The translations under genes were made by a program, and so were the position numbers. DNA of 64,000 bases from Bacteroidia bacterium (GTDB lineage: Bacteria; Bacteroidota; Bacteroidia; M30B66), in contig OZ257142.1 of NCBI GenBank assembly GCA_965279035.1, forward strand, positions 2,624,001-2,688,000, given 5' to 3'. This document shows positions 60,555-64,000 of the stretch, piece by piece. Under the pieces are notes generated by a model. The model saw nothing but the letters and a program-made list of their open reading frames with translations, was not told where the DNA came from and did no database searches. How positions within the stretch are numbered: the stretch's first letter is position 1; every line of letters starts with the position of its first letter.

Positions 60555-61472
60555 ATGAAAAAGTTCCTGACCCTTATTGCTTGTTCTATTTTCCTTGTTG
60601 GAACGATTCAAGCACAAGTACCTAATTTCAGTTTTGAAGAAGCTAATTTCGATGGTTCACTTCGTAACTGGGGCAATGTTTACTTACAAGAAGCATGGCT
60701 TGATACGACAGGAGAAATGCATGGAGATTCAACTTATTTGGACTTTGCATATTATTTTCAATCGGATGATGCTTGGAATGGCTCATGGGCAGCTGAGATG
60801 CGTAATTCCTATAATTACACTCAAAACATAGGACGTGCAGGTGCAATTATAGCTGATTTAGATAGTGTATTTTCGGCTTGGGGTTCGTTTGAAACGATTC
60901 CTTTAAATGCAACACCTTCATCGCTTGGCTTTTTTTACAAGCATGTTGGTGTGGATGGCGACACTGCTTCGGCAGAAATTACGGTATTTGATAGCTTAGG
61001 AAATGAGATTGGATTTGGACGTACAATCATTCCCAATTCTACATTGGCCTATACGCATGCAGTAACTCCGATTGAGTATACTTCGAGTGAAATGCCTGCT
61101 TCGGCGATGATTAAGTTTAGTAATTTTTATACTCAAGCTCCGGGTGTTCGTCAACCAGCGCTGGGTTCTCGCTTTGTGGTGGATGATGTACAATTGTACA
61201 ATTTAATTACTGGATTTGATTTGATTAGTCGTCAGCAATTGGATGTGATCGCATATCCAAATCCGAGTTCTGAGAGTTTTGTGATTAAGCGAAATACGGC
61301 TGTTCCGGCTCAGGTTAAGTTGTTTTCGATGTCAGGTGAATTGGTGAAACAACAACAGATAAGTGGAGAAACATCCGCTTTCGGATTGAGTGATATAAGC
61401 AATGGAAGTTATGTATTGGAAGTTGAATCGGCAGGCAAAAGTTGGAAACAAGTGATGCTTATTGAGCACTAA
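60555..61472 (+). CDS. T9SS type A-secreted protein with a carbohydrate-binding-like beta-sandwich
   Basis: MKKFLTLIAC..IQA signal; PNFSFE..W, DAWNGSWA, VDDV; C-terminal AYPNPSS...NGSYVLEV. Confidence 0.8.
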   Translation: MKKFLTLIACSIFLVGTIQAQVPNFSFEEANFDGSLRNWGNVYLQEAWLDTTGEMHGDSTYLDFAYYFQSDDAWNGSWAAEMRNSYNYTQNIGRAGAIIADLDSVFSAWGSFETIPLNATPSSLGFFYKHVGVDGDTASAEITVFDSLGNEIGFGRTIIPNSTLAYTHAVTPIEYTSSEMPASAMIKFSNFYTQAPGVRQPALGSRFVVDDVQLYNLITGFDLISRQQLDVIAYPNPSSESFVIKRNTAVPAQVKLFSMSGELVKQQQISGETSAFGLSDISNGSYVLEVESAGKSWKQVMLIEH

Positions 61473-61486
61473 AATTTCGAGAGGAA

Positions 61487-61595
61487 TTGCGTGAAGGATG
61501 GAAAGGGTTTGTGCGCCTTTTTAGGCGTACCGCAGCGAAGCGAAGCCCTGCACAGCCTGACTTGAGCCTTTTTCAGGCGAAGGGCACGCCCAAAT
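61487..61595 (+). ncRNA. Flavo-1-like structured RNA/repeat element
   Basis: Closing GCGTG/CACGC stem; TTGCGTGAAGGATGGA at the 5' end and AGCCTGAC...GGGCACGCCCAAAT at the 3' end resemble the Bacteroidota Flavo-1 motif as I recall it; internal hairpins such as GCGCC-TTTTTA-GGCGT. Confidence 0.55.
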
Positions 61596-61658
61596 AATAC
61601 TCCTGATATTTTGAACAGAATGCTCTAATTTGTGTTCGTATAAAAAAACCCAACCAAC

Positions 61659-62072
61659 ATGAAAAGAAAAGCACAAGCTGTTTGGCAAGGCTCTGGAAAA
61701 GAAGGCCATGGACATTTAAGCACGCAAAGTTCTGTATTGAAAGAAACGCAATATTCGTTCGGAAGTCGCTTTGCTGAAGGCATTGGAACAAATCCTGAAG
61801 AATTAATTGCAGCAGCACATTCGGGCTGTTTTACGATGAAATTGTCGTTTAATACGGACGCAGCAGGATTTAAAGCAGAAAAGCTCGAAACATCGTGTAC
61901 CATTACGTTTGAAGATGGTTCGATAAAAGAATCGTATTTGGAATTGGTGGCAAATATTCCGGGAATTTCGAAGGAGAAATTTGATGAACTAGTTGCAGAT
62001 GCTGAAAAAAATTGTCCGATTTCGAAGTTGCTTAATACCACTATAACGGTAAATGCGCAATTAATTTCTTGA
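61659..62072 (+). CDS. osmC: OsmC family peroxiredoxin
   Basis: AVWQG..KEG.G, YSF.SRF..G.GTNPEELIAAAHSGCF, NCPISK. Confidence 0.95.
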   Translation: MKRKAQAVWQGSGKEGHGHLSTQSSVLKETQYSFGSRFAEGIGTNPEELIAAAHSGCFTMKLSFNTDAAGFKAEKLETSCTITFEDGSIKESYLELVANIPGISKEKFDELVADAEKNCPISKLLNTTITVNAQLIS

Positions 62073-62087
62073 ATTTAACATCTTATT

Positions 62088-62124
62088 AAAGCACCGAGGT
62101 TCTTCGTGAATTTCGGTGCTTTTT
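62088..62124 (+). terminator. Intrinsic terminator after osmC
   Basis: AAAGCACCGA / TCGGTGCTTTTT stem plus T-tract. Confidence 0.8.
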
Positions 62125-62154
62125 GTATTGTAGGTTTGCAGAAATAATATTGGA

Positions 62155-64000
62155 ATGACACAGCCCCAACCCAAATTCACGAATGCATTAATTGATTCGA
62201 GCAGTCCGTATTTGCTGCAACACGCGCACAATCCTGTGAATTGGTATCCTTGGGGTGAAGAAGCACTCGAAAAAGCCAAACGAGAAAATAAACCTTTATT
62301 GGTAAGCATTGGCTATTCGGCTTGTCATTGGTGCCATGTGATGGAGCACGAATCGTTTGAGGATGAAGAAACTGCAGCTTTGATGAATGCGCATTTTGTA
62401 TGTATCAAAGTTGATCGAGAAGAGCGCCCCGATATTGACCAAATTTATATGGCAGCTGTTCAATTAATGACACAACGTGGTGGTTGGCCATTAAACTGTT
62501 TTGCATTACCTGATGGAAGACCGATTTACGGAGGCACTTATTTTCCTAAGGAAAACTGGCAGCATGTGTTGAAGCAGATTGATTCATTGTACATAAATGA
62601 TTGGGAAAAAGTGCAGGAATATGCTGGCAATTTGACCAAAGGAATTGAGCAGATGGAATTGTTTAAGGTGAAGGAAGGTGCTGAATCGATCAACAAAAAC
62701 GATTTGCAGCAAAGCGTTGGAAAATGGCTGGGAATGATTGATCAAGAAGAAGGAGGACCGAATCGTGCACCTAAATTTCCTTTGCCTTCGAATTATTTGT
62801 TTTTACTACGTTATTCGGTGTTGACCAATCAAAAGCATGAGTTAGAACATGTGCATTTGACCTTGAAAAAGATGGCGTTTGGTGGAATTTACGATCAGAT
62901 TGGTGGCGGCTTTTCGAGGTATTCGACGGATGTTTGGTGGAAGGTTCCACATTTTGAGAAGATGTTGTATGATAATGGGCAATTGCTGAGTTTGTATTCA
63001 GAAGCATATCAGCAGAATGCGGATGAAGATTATCGGACAATTTGTTTGCAAACGGCTGAGTTTGTGAAGCGAGAATTGACAGCAAAAGAGGGTTATTTTT
63101 ATTCAGCTTTGGATGCAGATAGTGAAGGCGTTGAAGGGAAATTTTATACCTGGAAATTGGATGAGTTGAAAGCAATTTTGACTGAGGAAGAATTTCGTAT
63201 TGCAAGTGTTTATTATAATGTGAATGATTTCGGATTTTGGGAACATGAGCAATACATTTTGTTGAGACGCGACGAAAACCGCATTGTTGCGGAAGTGCTC
63301 GAATTGGATGAGTTGCAGCTGGAGAAGCACATTCGGAAAATTAATTCGAAATTGATGGAAGCGCGCGAACTGCGGATTCGTCCGGGTTTGGATGATAAAT
63401 TATTGTGTAGTTGGAATGCGATGATGATTCGTGGCTTGGCCGATGCATCACGTTTTTTAGATGAAGAACAATTACTGTTAGATGCTGAAAAAGCTGCGCG
63501 TTTTATTCTACAAGAGTTGAAAGATGAAAACGGAAGACTCTGGCATACTTGGAAAAATGGAAAGCGTAGTGTTCTTGGTTTTTTAGAAGATTATGCATTT
63601 CTAATTGATGCCTTGATTGGCTTGTATGAAGCTAGTTATGAAGATCATTGGTTGTTGGAAGCGCGCGATTTGATGTACACTGTTTTAGGAGATTTTGAAC
63701 GAAGTACAAGTGGTTTATTTTATTTCACTTCCTCGCAACAGGGAGTTTGGGTAGCAAAACAATTAGAATCTTCGGATAATGTTCAGCCTGCGTCGAATTC
63801 GATGATGGCAAGAAATCTATACACATTAGGAATTTATTTTGGCAAAGCCGAGTGGATGCAACAAACCGATTCGATGTTACGAACTGTGCGTGATGAATTG
63901 CTGAATTACGGACCGGGTTATTCGAACTGGGGATTGTTGGTATTGGAACGGGAATTTGATTTTAAGGAAATGGTAATTAGCGGTCCAAATGCTATTTCAA
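62155..64000 (+). CDS. Thioredoxin-domain protein YyaL/SPATA20 family, truncated by window end (not in ORF track)
   Basis: Hand translation from ATG at 62155: [34 protein letters not shown]...[19 protein letters not shown]; later [10 protein letters not shown] and [16 protein letters not shown] box at 62131-62138. Confidence 0.93.
   Translation, partial: MTQPQPKFTNALIDSSSPYLLQHAHNPVNWYPWGEEALEKAKRENKPLLVSIGYSACHWCHVMEHESFEDEETAALMNAHFVCIKVDREERPDIDQIYMAAVQLMTQRGGWPLNCFALPDGRPIYGGTYFPKENWQHVLKQIDSLYINDWEKVQEYAGNLTKGIEQMELFKVKEGAESINKNDLQQSVGKWLGMIDQEEGGPNRAPKFPLPSNYLFLLRYSVLTNQKHELEHVHLTLKKMAFGGIYDQIGGGFSRYSTDVWWKVPHFEKMLYDNGQLLSLYSEAYQQNADEDYRTICLQTAEFVKRELTAKEGYFYSALDADSEGVEGKFYTWKLDELKAILTEEEFRIASVYYNVNDFGFWEHEQYILLRRDENRIVAEVLELDELQLEKHIRKINSKLMEARELRIRPGLDDKLLCSWNAMMIRGLADASRFLDEEQLLLDAEKAARFILQELKDENGRLWHTWKNGKRSVLGFLEDYAFLIDALIGLYEASYEDHWLLEARDLMYTVLGDFERSTSGLFYFTSSQQGVWVAKQLESSDNVQPASNSMMARNLYTLGIYFGKAEWMQQTDSMLRTVRDELLNYGPGYSNWGLLVLEREFDFKEMVISGPNAIS

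Overview
AT-rich bacterial chromosomal segment, almost certainly from a member of the Bacteroidota. Evidence: T9SS type A and type B C-terminal sorting domains, TAnnTTTG promoter boxes, C-K-K-[DE] lipoproteins, and Bacteroidota-type intergenic palindromes. Most of it is housekeeping or cell-envelope genes: proC, an HME-RND efflux system with a two-component pair, rnd, mutL, two rhomboids, hemW, glgA-glgC, a Mn/Zn ABC transporter whose permease is fused to a DtxR-like domain, peptidases, several large T9SS-secreted proteins, osmC and a partial yyaL-like gene. I saw no rRNA, tRNA, CRISPR array, transposase or prophage. The stand-out feature is a five-gene operon of unknown function present twice, as diverged, collinear, oppositely oriented paralogues (649-4812 minus; 53013-57081 plus). 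Each copy encodes two helical lipoproteins with DUF1549/DUF1553-like motifs, a Tat-exported DUF1501-like (alkaline-phosphatase-superfamily) protein, a PSCyt1-like cytochrome c lipoprotein with an atypical CX4CH haem motif, and a small DxDGD lipoprotein. It resembles the planctomycete PSCyt1-DUF1549-DUF1553 + DUF1501 module split into separate lipoproteins. All family assignments are by motif recognition by eye; no searches were run.
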